Assembly: GCA_002687255.1 (NCBI GenBank)
Contig: NYZR01000013.1
Coordinates: 1-42,106 of the forward strand
From: Candidatus Pacearchaeota archaeon
GTDB taxonomy: Archaea > Nanobdellota > Nanobdellia > Pacearchaeales > GW2011-AR1
Direction of reading: 5' to 3'
DNA length: 42,106 bases
Both the position numbers and the translations under genes were made by a program. Below the pieces are notes generated by a model. That model searched no databases, was not told the origin of the DNA, and saw nothing but the letters and a program-made list of their open reading frames with translations. This document shows positions 1 through 8,054 of the stretch, piece after piece; position 1 is the stretch's first letter, and every line of letters starts with the position of its first letter.

Positions 1-165
1 GGCGAGACGCTGGGCGCGTGGGCGTTGACCGAGCCGGCGGCCGGCAGCGACGCGGGCGCCACCCGCACCACGGCCGCTCGTGACGGCGAGACGTGGGTGC
101 TGAACGGCGTCAAGACCTTCACGACGCATGGCGGCCTCGGAGGCGTGATGGTGGTCGTGGCGGTG
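1..165 (+). CDS. acyl-CoA dehydrogenase fragment (partial, GC-rich, compositionally foreign)
   Basis: Frame 1 reads [44 protein letters not shown], containing the ACAD LTEPxAGSD motif. Composition is much more GC-rich than the rest of the window and changes abruptly near nt 165. Confidence 0.55.
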
Positions 166-609
166 ATCTTTCTGGTGTTCTTAGGGATTAGTTTAAGGAA
201 TCCTGTGGTTGAAGTGGGGAAGGAGAGTCGAGAGGTGCAGATGTTCTTGAGTTCTTTGCTGGATATAAGTTCGGATTGTGCTTTGGGCTTTGAGCCGAAT
301 TTTGCTGATGTGGATACGTTGATTAGTGAGTGTCATCAGAGTAGTGGGAAGAAGTGCGTGGATGATCGGAGGGTTTGCGATATTGCTGAGGAGGTTGTTG
401 GTGCTGCTCTAAAACAGGGTTGGCATGTGGGGAATGCAAGTGTGTTGAAAGGGTATGAGTTCGTGGTGGTGTATGCTACTAATGGGTCTGAGGATGTTTC
501 TGTTTTGGGTGTTTCTGAGGGGAATTGTGTTGGTGAAAAGAGTGGGGCGAGCACGGTTCGGCCGGCGTTTCCGGGGACTTTAGTGACGAAGATGGAGCTT
601 TGCTATTGA
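166..609 (+). CDS. hypothetical Cys-containing protein, 5'-truncated at the composition junction; paralog of 3881..4495 and 4565..5209
   Basis: Open frame continues to the stop at 609. It has a hydrophobic stretch (VIFLVFLGI) followed by a Cys-containing soluble part, similar in layout to the two neighbouring membrane-anchored ORFs. Confidence 0.4.
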   Translation: MFLVFLGISLRNPVVEVGKESREVQMFLSSLLDISSDCALGFEPNFADVDTLISECHQSSGKKCVDDRRVCDIAEEVVGAALKQGWHVGNASVLKGYEFVVVYATNGSEDVSVLGVSEGNCVGEKSGASTVRPAFPGTLVTKMELCY

Positions 610-617
610 GGACGTGG

Positions 618-998
618 TTAGATTTTTAGGTGGATGTTGATGCTGTCTACTACTACGACCGGTTTCAGGCGTTCTCGGTTCCCCGTTTTCTCGGCGATCA
701 TGTCGATGAAGCCGAATCTGTCCAGTAATTTGATGTCCTGAGAGACGGATTTGAAGTCTCTTTTGAGGATTTTGGCGAGTTCGTAGATGGATCCTGGTTT
801 TTTTACCTTGATGACATGTAGCATGCGGGCTTTTTCGTTGTTGAGGAGTCTTCTGAGAGCTGTGAGGCCTTCGAAATCATAATCTTTCTTCTCTCCTGCA
901 AATCTTTTGAAGATCACATTGAATGATCCCTCTTTGTCGACGATAAAAATTTCTCTGATCTTTGTTTTTGGTGCCATGATATATATGGGGTTGTCCAT
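618..998 (-). CDS. winged-helix DNA-binding protein (ArsR/MarR-like, COG4190-like)
   Basis: 126-aa ORF. The segment LLNNEKARMLHVIKVKKPGSIYELAKILKRDFKSVSQDIKLLDRFGFI is typical of wHTH proteins. The start may instead be Met8 at 977. Confidence 0.6.
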   Translation of the reverse strand: MDNPIYIMAPKTKIREIFIVDKEGSFNVIFKRFAGEKKDYDFEGLTALRRLLNNEKARMLHVIKVKKPGSIYELAKILKRDFKSVSQDIKLLDRFGFIDMIAEKTGNRERLKPVVVVDSINIHLKI

Positions 999-1344
999 AC
1001 CTTATATACCTTTTGGTTCTTATGGGAATGGGGGGGTTTTTTAGCCCCATATTTCTTTTTATCTGGTTGAGAATACCCCACATGGTGGAATTGCGTCCTT
1101 TGTTGTGTTCCCTTAGGCTTGTTTTCACTGCTAGTGACACCGGAAGCTTTATAAACTGGAATATAGCTTTCCTCAGTAAAGGGTGTTATTTAGGGGTTAA
1201 TTGGGCAAAGCTTTTTAAAGGGATATTTTCTCGTGTATATACTCTTACAGTTAAGCTGTATGACAGGTGGCTGTATACACCACTTCCTCTATGAGGCGCC
1301 CTTCGGCGGTCAAAGAGCTGAAAACTGAAAGGGGGTTTAATATA

Positions 1345-3774
1345 ATGAAAAAATATGTTTATCGGATTGCGTCTGTTGTCGCGAGTGCGGCCCTTCTAGG
1401 TTCTACTGCAGCTTTGGCTGCCGCAGCAAGTTACCCAGCTCCTTTCGTTCAGAATGGTGCTGCTGATGTTGCTGTTGTTTGGGGTGCAAATGCTGCACCT
1501 ACTGATTTAGTAGCAGTGGCTGACATTACGTCTCACTTGCAGGCTGAGCTTGCTTCACAGACAGCAACCGGTGGCGGTACTGGTCCCTCCAGTGTATCTG
1601 GTGGTGATTTCGTTCAACTTTCTAAGTCGAGCGATAACATCAACCTGAGAGATAACGTGAACACCGTATTCGGTGCGACGGTCGATGATGAAGACCTGGG
1701 CACGTTGCTCGCAGATGGGACGTACCGTAACGACGAAAACACTGAGTTCGATTTCGAACAAAAGATTAGCCTTGGTACGAATTTGATTTTGAGCTTCTTT
1801 GCTGACTCGGACCACAATAGTAAGGAACCATCCGTTGGTTTCAACCTGAGCTCTAACGTTCATGTGTTGAACTATTCTGTTGATTTCCTAACTGATGCTG
1901 AGTCTGATGTGAGCGGCGGAGATCTTGTTGATATTGAGACGACTGATCTTACCATTCTAGGTAAGACCTACTACGTTCTTGACTTTGACAACTCTACGTT
2001 GAAGCTTACCCTTTTGGATTCTGCTGCCAAGCTAAATCTTGTTGAGGGTGCATCCGAAACTGTTTCCTTTAACGGAAAGAGTTACGATGTTAGTATTAAC
2101 TTCGTAGGATCTGCTACTCAAACAAGAATTAACGTGGACGGCGAAATCACTAACACACTAAATGTTGGTGAGACTTACCGACTGAGCGATGGAACGTATG
2201 TGGGTGTCAGAGATATCCTATACGACTCCAAAGACAGTGGCGTGAGCAAAGTTGACGTGAGCCTTGGTTCTGGTAAAGTAGAGATTGAGAACGCAGTGGA
2301 CATCCAGTTGAATGATGAAACCATTAGTGGTGTTTCTGGGTTCGTTGCACGAGGCTCCGTAACAGGAGGTAAAGAGACCATTGATAAAATCCAAATTGAA
2401 TGGAATACCGATGAAGAAGAGTTTGTTTCCCCAGGAAGCGACTTGACCTTCCCCGGCTTTGGTGCTGTAAAGCTCTCCATGGGAGAGTTTGTGCGACCTA
2501 CACAGGAAGTTATTGAAATCACGAATGATGGAACTGACTCTATGGAGTTGAAGGTTCCTATCAAAGACGGAACAGTAACAATTCCACTTCTTGGTGCTAA
2601 CTCGACAGGTGAATACGTCCGAATTGGTGGCGACGCAGCCGATCAAATCCTGAGAACTAAATCAGATGATCGAGCTAACTTGATCTTTAATATCTCTGCC
2701 TCAGGCAGTAGTAATAAGGACAAGTATTTTGTTGCTTCCTATAACACATCCCGTGACGCAGAGTCTTATCTCTTGCGAGCGAGTGTTGTGGTAAAGGACG
2801 GTAAAAACAAGACCACGGTTCAAAAGAACGTCGGTGGGACTTGGGTTGATACCTGTACTGATAAGTCCAACGGAGATAGTTGTAGTATCGGAAACGTAGA
2901 GTTAACAATTAACGATGTGTATAAGCTGAGTGATGACAAATATGTCAACTTCACCGCTGGTACCAATGTTGATTTCAACACCTTATTTACGAAGGAAGGT
3001 TTGGCTATTCACTTGCCTTATGAAGTGAACGGCTCTGGCTTGCTTGGTGGTGTTGGTACAATTAACTTTACACAAGGATCTGCTGTTGCAGGTCACAGTT
3101 CTGACACGTTCGATCTTACCTTCGTTGAGGAGGATAAGGACGGAAATGTTGGTGCTGGTAACCGATTCAACGTCACGTTGAATGATCAGTCTGACGGCGA
3201 TGTCGAAGTAAGCGCAATTGTTCCAGGTTCTGACACACACAAGGAGATAGATGACGACAACAATGTTGTTGCCCTAGTTCAATCTGATCTCGCATCTCAG
3301 ATGCGAAGGATTGGAGATTCTAGCTCCCAGCGACAAGCAGAAGTTACTTACTACGGTGAGGAAACTTATGCTGACGTCTTTTTGACTGCAGTTGGTGCCA
3401 ACGTAGTTGGTGGCGGCGGTAGTGGAGGCGGTTCTGTCCTTGGGTCAGTCTCTGTTTCAGATGCTGAAGTTGCTTCTGTTGCAGGTAAGAACTTGATTGT
3501 CGTTGGTGGTAGCTGTGTGAACAGTGTAGCTGCAGATTTGGTTGGCGGTGCTCTATGTGGTGCTGACTGGGAAGCTGCTACGGGTGTTGGCGCAGGTCAG
3601 TATTTGATTCAAACGTTCTCCCGAAGTGGGGGCAACGTTGCTACTCTTGTAGCAGGATACAATGCTGGTGATACTACGAACGCTGCTAAATACGCTACTA
3701 CCCAGACGGTTGATACGTCTGTAGGTAAGAAGTATGTCGGTACGACTGCCACAACTGCAAGCATGGTTGCTTAA
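1345..3774 (+). CDS. S-layer protein (archaeal S-layer N- and C-terminal domains)
   Basis: GGGGG Shine-Dalgarno before the ATG at 1345. Signal peptide MKKYVYRIASVVASAALLGSTAALAAAA. N-terminus reads YPAPFVQNGAADVAVVWGANAAPTDLVAVADI, and the C-terminus reads KNLIVVGGSCVNSVAADL...LVAGYNAGDTTNAAKY, both typical of archaeal S-layer proteins. Confidence 0.8.
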   Translation: MKKYVYRIASVVASAALLGSTAALAAAASYPAPFVQNGAADVAVVWGANAAPTDLVAVADITSHLQAELASQTATGGGTGPSSVSGGDFVQLSKSSDNINLRDNVNTVFGATVDDEDLGTLLADGTYRNDENTEFDFEQKISLGTNLILSFFADSDHNSKEPSVGFNLSSNVHVLNYSVDFLTDAESDVSGGDLVDIETTDLTILGKTYYVLDFDNSTLKLTLLDSAAKLNLVEGASETVSFNGKSYDVSINFVGSATQTRINVDGEITNTLNVGETYRLSDGTYVGVRDILYDSKDSGVSKVDVSLGSGKVEIENAVDIQLNDETISGVSGFVARGSVTGGKETIDKIQIEWNTDEEEFVSPGSDLTFPGFGAVKLSMGEFVRPTQEVIEITNDGTDSMELKVPIKDGTVTIPLLGANSTGEYVRIGGDAADQILRTKSDDRANLIFNISASGSSNKDKYFVASYNTSRDAESYLLRASVVVKDGKNKTTVQKNVGGTWVDTCTDKSNGDSCSIGNVELTINDVYKLSDDKYVNFTAGTNVDFNTLFTKEGLAIHLPYEVNGSGLLGGVGTINFTQGSAVAGHSSDTFDLTFVEEDKDGNVGAGNRFNVTLNDQSDGDVEVSAIVPGSDTHKEIDDDNNVVALVQSDLASQMRRIGDSSSQRQAEVTYYGEETYADVFLTAVGANVVGGGGSGGGSVLGSVSVSDAEVASVAGKNLIVVGGSCVNSVAADLVGGALCGADWEAATGVGAGQYLIQTFSRSGGNVATLVAGYNAGDTTNAAKYATTQTVDTSVGKKYVGTTATTASMVA

Positions 3775-3785
3775 TCTACCTTAAT

Positions 3786-3830
3786 GGGGCTTTTGCCCCT
3801 TTTTTCTTTTTTTTCTTTTTTCTTTCTTTT
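3786..3830 (+). terminator. hairpin plus long T-tract terminator after the S-layer gene
   Basis: GGGGC-TTTT-GCCCC stem-loop directly followed by a ~30-nt T-rich run. Confidence 0.5.
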
Positions 3831-3850
3831 CTCTCTCGGTTGAGGGAATG

Positions 3851-3858
3851 TTTTTATA
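3851..3858 (+). promoter_or_regulatory. TATA box for 3881..4495 (leaderless spacing)
   Basis: TTTTTATA lies 23-30 nt upstream of the ATG at 3881. The same spacing recurs at most first cistrons in the window. Confidence 0.45.
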
Positions 3859-3880
3859 GCCGTTCTTTCTTGGTGCTTGT

Positions 3881-4495
3881 ATGAGAGCAGTTGGCACAGA
3901 AGCGCAGCTTGATCGGAGTAGAAAGCGGAATGGGATTATTATTAGTGTGTTGATGTTAGTGTTGTTGGTGGCTAGCTCTGTTGGGTTTGCTTTTCTTTCG
4001 AGTAATCATACGAGTGGTTCTCAGCAAGTTGCTGGGTCTGAGGGCGCTTATGAGGGTTCTGGTGTTGGGGGTTGGGTAGTTCCTGTTCTTGGTCGGGAAG
4101 TAAGGTTGACGTTTGGTCTTGAAGAAGTTGCTGAGATCCCTGTTGCTTTGACGACAGGTATAGAAGCGTATCAAGGGAAGACCTTGTATCTTGCGGTGGA
4201 GAATCCTGGGATCGAGGCAGAGTTGCGGAGCACTATTGGAGTCTTCACTGATCGGATTCAATTGGCTTGCTACGGGGAATGTGAGTTGGATTTGCCGGAG
4301 AAGGATTGTTCGGAGAACGTGATTGTCTGGACGGATGGCGTTGCCGAAGCAAGTTCGGCAGGCCCTCGCAGCTCGGACAAGGTGAACGCTGCTTCGGACG
4401 TTGGCGGGCAGGTGACGCAGGGAGAAGGGTGTGTGTTTATTGAAGGAGATTTAAGGGCTGTTGATGCTTTTCTTTATAAGGTGTTTGGTTACTAA
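3881..4495 (+). CDS. membrane-anchored hypothetical protein (possible class III/pilin-like signal KRNG-IIISVLMLVLLV) carrying an in-frame repeat insertion
   Basis: 204-aa ORF with a TATA at -25, an N-terminal TM segment and a Cys-containing ectodomain. Paralog of 4565..5209. Confidence 0.6.
   Translation: MRAVGTEAQLDRSRKRNGIIISVLMLVLLVASSVGFAFLSSNHTSGSQQVAGSEGAYEGSGVGGWVVPVLGREVRLTFGLEEVAEIPVALTTGIEAYQGKTLYLAVENPGIEAELRSTIGVFTDRIQLACYGECELDLPEKDCSENVIVWTDGVAEASSAGPRSSDKVNAASDVGGQVTQGEGCVFIEGDLRAVDAFLYKVFGY
4343..4399 (+). repeat. structured 57-nt repeat, copy E1 (in frame, 19 codons)
   Basis: GCCGAAGCAAGTTCGGCAGGCCCTCGCAGCTCGGACAAGGTGAACGCTGCTTCGGAC. Near-identical to 36926..36982, and its core is related to 27934..27998 and 12286..12320. 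Confidence 0.7.
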
Positions 4496-4498
4496 ACA

Positions 4499-4519
4499 GA
4501 AACTGTGTCACACAGTTTC
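4499..4519 (+). terminator. perfect 9-bp stem hairpin downstream of 3881..4495
   Basis: GAAACTGTG-TCA-CACAGTTTC starts 4 nt after the stop codon. There is no T-tract, so it could also be a protein-binding palindrome. Confidence 0.35.
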
Positions 4520-4564
4520 ATGTATTAGTCGAAAGATTTAAGAGGGCTTGGTTGATAGAAGATT

Positions 4565-5209
4565 ATGGCGGCTAGAAAGAAGAAAGAAAAACCATTGTTG
4601 GCTAAAGAGACCAAACACATCTTGATCGGTCTTGCTGTTTTGGCGGTGTTGTTTTTGATTTTGACGTCGGTGTTTGGCAAGTTGGGGACGTTTGAGTATG
4701 AGGGTATGACGTTTGTTCAAGAGAAGTTTGGACAGTTGGATGTGTTCCGGTATACGTATTTTTATGAGGGGATTGAAGGAGATATTCTCCAGTATAACAT
4801 GTTCCTGCGGGTTGACCCTAGGACGAATGAGGTTCCGGTGACGGGCGAGATCGAGCTGCCGGCGAAGAGTCGGCAGATGTATGTGAGTATTGATACTACA
4901 GGGATGGCTCAGTGTGAGTTGAGTGCTGTAGGGATTTCTAGTTTGTCGGCGTTCTTGACGAATAATCAGTATCCTGTGAAGGGGGCGACGCCGTTTGAGG
5001 CAGAGGCGGAGTTGAGAGATATTCCTTTTGCTGACTGCCAGAGCCATCCGGAGAATGCTGTTTTCGTTGTGAAGACTGGTGATGAGACGAAGGTGGAGAA
5101 GCAAGGGAATTTCTGTTGGGTGTTGCAGGCTGCGGATTGTGAGATTGTTGAGGTAGTGGAGAAGTTTGAGGTTGAAACTATTATTCAGGCTAGGGCGAGA
5201 GAGGCTTAG
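4565..5209 (+). CDS. membrane-anchored hypothetical protein (paralog of 3881..4495)
   Basis: 214-aa ORF with a TATA-like AGATTTAAGA about 25 nt upstream, an N-terminal TM segment (ILIGLAVLAVLFLILTSVF) and conserved Cys spacing shared with the neighbour. Confidence 0.6.
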   Translation: MAARKKKEKPLLAKETKHILIGLAVLAVLFLILTSVFGKLGTFEYEGMTFVQEKFGQLDVFRYTYFYEGIEGDILQYNMFLRVDPRTNEVPVTGEIELPAKSRQMYVSIDTTGMAQCELSAVGISSLSAFLTNNQYPVKGATPFEAEAELRDIPFADCQSHPENAVFVVKTGDETKVEKQGNFCWVLQAADCEIVEVVEKFEVETIIQARAREA

Positions 5210-5210
5210 T

Positions 5211-5745
5211 CTAAATAAATTGTAAGAGGCCACTTAGCATTTTTATCTTCATTTTTATTCCCCTCACGACGGGGTTCTTTCTTGTATGATGTTCAGTTTC
5301 TACAAGGATTGCATCAATTCCTTTGTCTCTCGCTGATTTGTAGTCCCAGAAGTAATTATCACCAACCATTAACGCTTTGCTCTTTGGTATATTTCTTTTC
5401 TTGAGAATTTTTAGGATAAGATCTCCTTTGGCCTCGTGCAGAGTTTGAGTTGCATGCACCTCGTCAAAGAGGTCTTTGAGGTTGAATAGTTTGACTTTCT
5501 CATTCAGCACTTCTTGAGCCTCCCTTGGAGGGTGTGGGTGAGTTGAGAGGATGACAGTTAGTATGCCTTTCCTTCTTATCTTCCTTAATGTTGAAATTGT
5601 TGTTGGGGTTAATGTGAAGTGTTTGTTATGCTCCTTATGGCCTCCTGGAAGTTGATAGACTCACCAGGCTCCTTCTTTGTGTTTTGTCTTCTTAGGATAC
5701 CAAATTGTTCCATCACCGTCGAAGAAGATTATTTTCTTTTTTCAT
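5211..5745 (-). pseudogene. HAD-superfamily phosphatase, disrupted (start out of frame in an A6 run plus an in-frame TGA)
   Basis: A single frame reads KKKIIFFDGDGTIWYPKKTKHKEGAW-TGA-VYQLPGG...ILTVILSTH...MVGDNYFWDYKSARDKGIDAILV, with HAD motifs I-IV. The ATG at 5745 is one nt out of frame with it. Confidence 0.55.
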
Positions 5746-6368
5746 TTTTTCTGTCTCTTCTTTTTGAGCAGATACACCAGGATAATCAGAAGGATAACTG
5801 CAAGCGTGGCCAGCGTTATGGTTGAAAGATGTTGATGCAAGACAGCTTCGTTTTCTCCGAAGAGTATGCCGAGGTAGACGAGGATGGCAGACCAGATGCC
5901 TGCTCCTGCTGCGGTGTATGCTATGAACTTGCCTAGGTGCATTTTGGCGAAGCCTGCCGGGAGAGAGATGAGTTGTCTGATGCCTGGGATAAGTCTGCCG
6001 GTGAATGTGGTGATGGCTCCGTGTTTTTGGAAGTAGTCATCTGACTTTTTGATGCTTTCATTTGAGATGAATAAGAACTTGCCGTATTTGTCTGCTAGTC
6101 TCGAGGCCGCTCTGCGGCCGAGATGGAGGGCGAGGGCGTAGTTGATGAGGGCTCCTGCGATTGAGCCGAGAATGGCTACTAGTAAGACTATGATGAAACT
6201 CATCTGACCACGGGCTATGAGGACGCCTGCGGGGATGAGTGAGGCTTCGCTCGGGAAGGGGATGAATGAAGATTCTATGGCCATCAGGATGAAGAGCCCG
6301 AGGTAGCCGAGGGAATCTATGAGAGAGATAAGCCATTCGAGTGCTTGAGGGATGAATTCTAGAGGCAT
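5742..6368 (-). CDS. dedA: DedA/SNARE-associated family membrane protein
   Basis: LGYLGLFILMAIESSFIPFPSEASLIPAGVL is typical of DedA, and there are multiple TM segments. Start placed at MPLEF (6368). The TGA stop overlaps the HAD ATG as ATGA. Confidence 0.75.
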   Translation of the reverse strand: MPLEFIPQALEWLISLIDSLGYLGLFILMAIESSFIPFPSEASLIPAGVLIARGQMSFIIVLLVAILGSIAGALINYALALHLGRRAASRLADKYGKFLFISNESIKKSDDYFQKHGAITTFTGRLIPGIRQLISLPAGFAKMHLGKFIAYTAAGAGIWSAILVYLGILFGENEAVLHQHLSTITLATLAVILLIILVYLLKKKRQKK

Positions 6369-6372
6369 GTGT

Positions 6373-6675
6373 TCAGGAAGGGGGGAAGGTATAAGAAGGT
6401 TCTTGTTTTGTTTTTTCTCTGAGTGCCTCAATTCTTTCTGTCGTTGATGCCATCTTTTTTCTATTGTTTCTGAGAGCCTCAGTTATCTCTTCAGTCATGA
6501 GAATTGCGCCACGGATGGTTGCTGCCCTTCGTTGTCCATGTGTGAGTAATTCCAGACCTTCTGGGAAATTATCCCCTGCCCCTGGACATTCATGATGCAA
6601 ATATCTGAGAAGATGCCCTTTGTGTTGGTCGGAGAGAGACCAATAGGCCTGTTGTATTGCTCCCAGATGTCCCAT
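6373..6675 (-). CDS. hypothetical protein (100 aa)
   Basis: ORF with a TATA (ATCTTATAAAC on the coding strand) about 25 nt upstream of its ATG. No family recognised. Confidence 0.45.
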   Translation of the reverse strand: MGHLGAIQQAYWSLSDQHKGHLLRYLHHECPGAGDNFPEGLELLTHGQRRAATIRGAILMTEEITEALRNNRKKMASTTERIEALREKTKQEPSYTFPPS

Positions 6676-6730
6676 TGAAGGTTATCTCTTTTTATGTTTA
6701 TAAGATTTTGCTATTTTCGAAAAATTCTCT

Positions 6731-7741
6731 TTAGGTATAACGCCAACCATGTTTATCTCCGGCGGAAAGTTTGTTATTTCTCCATGAATTTATCCAACCT
6801 GGAACATCCCCATTTACCACAATATACTTTCCGGCTATTTTAATACGTGCGGAGCTGGGCTGTTTAATTTTTCCCATGGATGCTGCATGACCCTCAACAC
6901 ATAGAGATCCTCCCCCTGCCTTGTCTCCCGTAAACTCTCCGGATGACCCTCCGATCATTATTTCTCCCGTTCCTTCATTCATATGGTCTCCTGCGTAACC
7001 TCCGGCGTTTCCCCTAATTTCAAGAGTTCCTGCTCGCATGTATGGGCCTGCATGATCTCCGGCTGAACCCATCACTTTTGTGGATCCTCCCCTTGCCCCG
7101 TAATTGATATGGGAACTTGCACTTCCTTCATGGATGATAATGTCTCCGTCAGTTTTATTTTTTCCGGCGTAATTCCCCAGAGAGCCTCCAGATATTACCT
7201 TTCCCCCTTTTTGTCCTTCCGCAAGATTATCTCCTGCCCCGTTAAGATAAGTTATTTCTCCACCTGTTATGCCAATTGCTGCGCAATTTCCTGCCTTGTT
7301 CTTAACAATTACTCGCCCTCCCGTCATGCCTCTGAAGGAATGATGGCCTGGGTCTCCCAAAACGGTGAGGTTGGTAGAATTCCGGAATCCTATGTGATCA
7401 TTGGAGAATCTTGCTTGGTTGAGATCAAGTGTTAGGTCGGACTCTGATGTGTGTCTGGCATTGCAGTATGCCGAAATGATTTCTGCAGCATGTGCCCTCA
7501 TACTTGTATTATTTTCTGTGCTTAGAGCTTCTACAAGTTTGTCGAGCATGACTTGGGAGCCCTCATTAAAGTCTTTTATTCGAAGGATAGATTCCAGGGT
7601 GCTGTGAAAATCTATCCCGTCCCCACCTTTATCATCTATTTCAAGTGCCTGTGCGAGGATCCCTCCAATATCGAGAGCGCCCTCCTTGTATGATCTTAGC
7701 CCTTCCCTTGGCGGTTCCGCAAGTGATGTGTCGGATGACAT
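6731..7741 (-). CDS. GXGXG-repeat beta-helix protein (GltB C-terminal / FwdC-like domain) with a unique N-terminal ~120 aa
   Basis: Repeated G.AG...G..M.GG.I.V.G units, for example GMTGGRVIVKNKAGNCAAIGITGGEITYLNGAGDNLAEGQKGGKVI and GTLEIRGNAGGYAGDHMNEGTGEIMIGG. Confidence 0.65.
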   Translation of the reverse strand: MSSDTSLAEPPREGLRSYKEGALDIGGILAQALEIDDKGGDGIDFHSTLESILRIKDFNEGSQVMLDKLVEALSTENNTSMRAHAAEIISAYCNARHTSESDLTLDLNQARFSNDHIGFRNSTNLTVLGDPGHHSFRGMTGGRVIVKNKAGNCAAIGITGGEITYLNGAGDNLAEGQKGGKVISGGSLGNYAGKNKTDGDIIIHEGSASSHINYGARGGSTKVMGSAGDHAGPYMRAGTLEIRGNAGGYAGDHMNEGTGEIMIGGSSGEFTGDKAGGGSLCVEGHAASMGKIKQPSSARIKIAGKYIVVNGDVPGWINSWRNNKLSAGDKHGWRYT

Positions 7742-7819
7742 GTTTCCTCATCGTAGGTTGTTCTTTTAAATATTATGGTGATGGGGAAAGTTTATATACT
7801 GATTATTCTGGAACGGTTG

Positions 7820-8044
7820 ATGAATCAAAGAGATGTTGACACCAGCAAGATGAGTTATCTCGAGTTCAGAGAGTTTGCTAGAAAGTATGAGGGGGGTGAG
7901 ACAGAAGATCCGGGCAGTCATGAAAGTTCAGAAGGTGAGCTTCGAGCCGATCCCCCGAGGCTCTCTACAAAGGATGGCAAATATTTTCCAGACCCTTTTG
8001 GTAGCTCTCCTTTTCTTTCAGGCACCATCCTCAGAGAAAGCTAA
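7820..8044 (+). CDS. small acidic hypothetical protein (74 aa)
   Basis: ATG lies 24 nt downstream of GTTTATATAC. No homology recognised, so the call is weak. Confidence 0.3.
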   Translation: MNQRDVDTSKMSYLEFREFARKYEGGETEDPGSHESSEGELRADPPRLSTKDGKYFPDPFGSSPFLSGTILRES

Positions 8045-8054
8045 TTTTCTTTCT

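Noticed and set aside
4538-5233. 231-aa ORF fully antisense to 4565..5209. Similar long antisense ORFs occur at 26869..27561 and 26904..27437 (inside ftsZ), 14717..15667 (opposite rpl11), 31594..32142, 36865..37392 and 35062..35592.
   Set aside because: They lie opposite genes with clear homology or promoter support. Their products are low-complexity (R/S/P/L/H-rich) and they have no TATA or Shine-Dalgarno. These are shadow ORFs caused by the strong G-at-first-position codon bias of the sense strand.
5672-5674. In-frame TGA in the HAD gene as possible stop-codon reassignment or selenocysteine.
   Set aside because: TGA functions as a genuine stop for dedA (5742), vapB (21045), the wHTH gene (39127) and 16266..16601. 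No SECIS-like context was recognised, and the same gene also has a start-codon frameshift. A pseudogene or sequencing error is more parsimonious.
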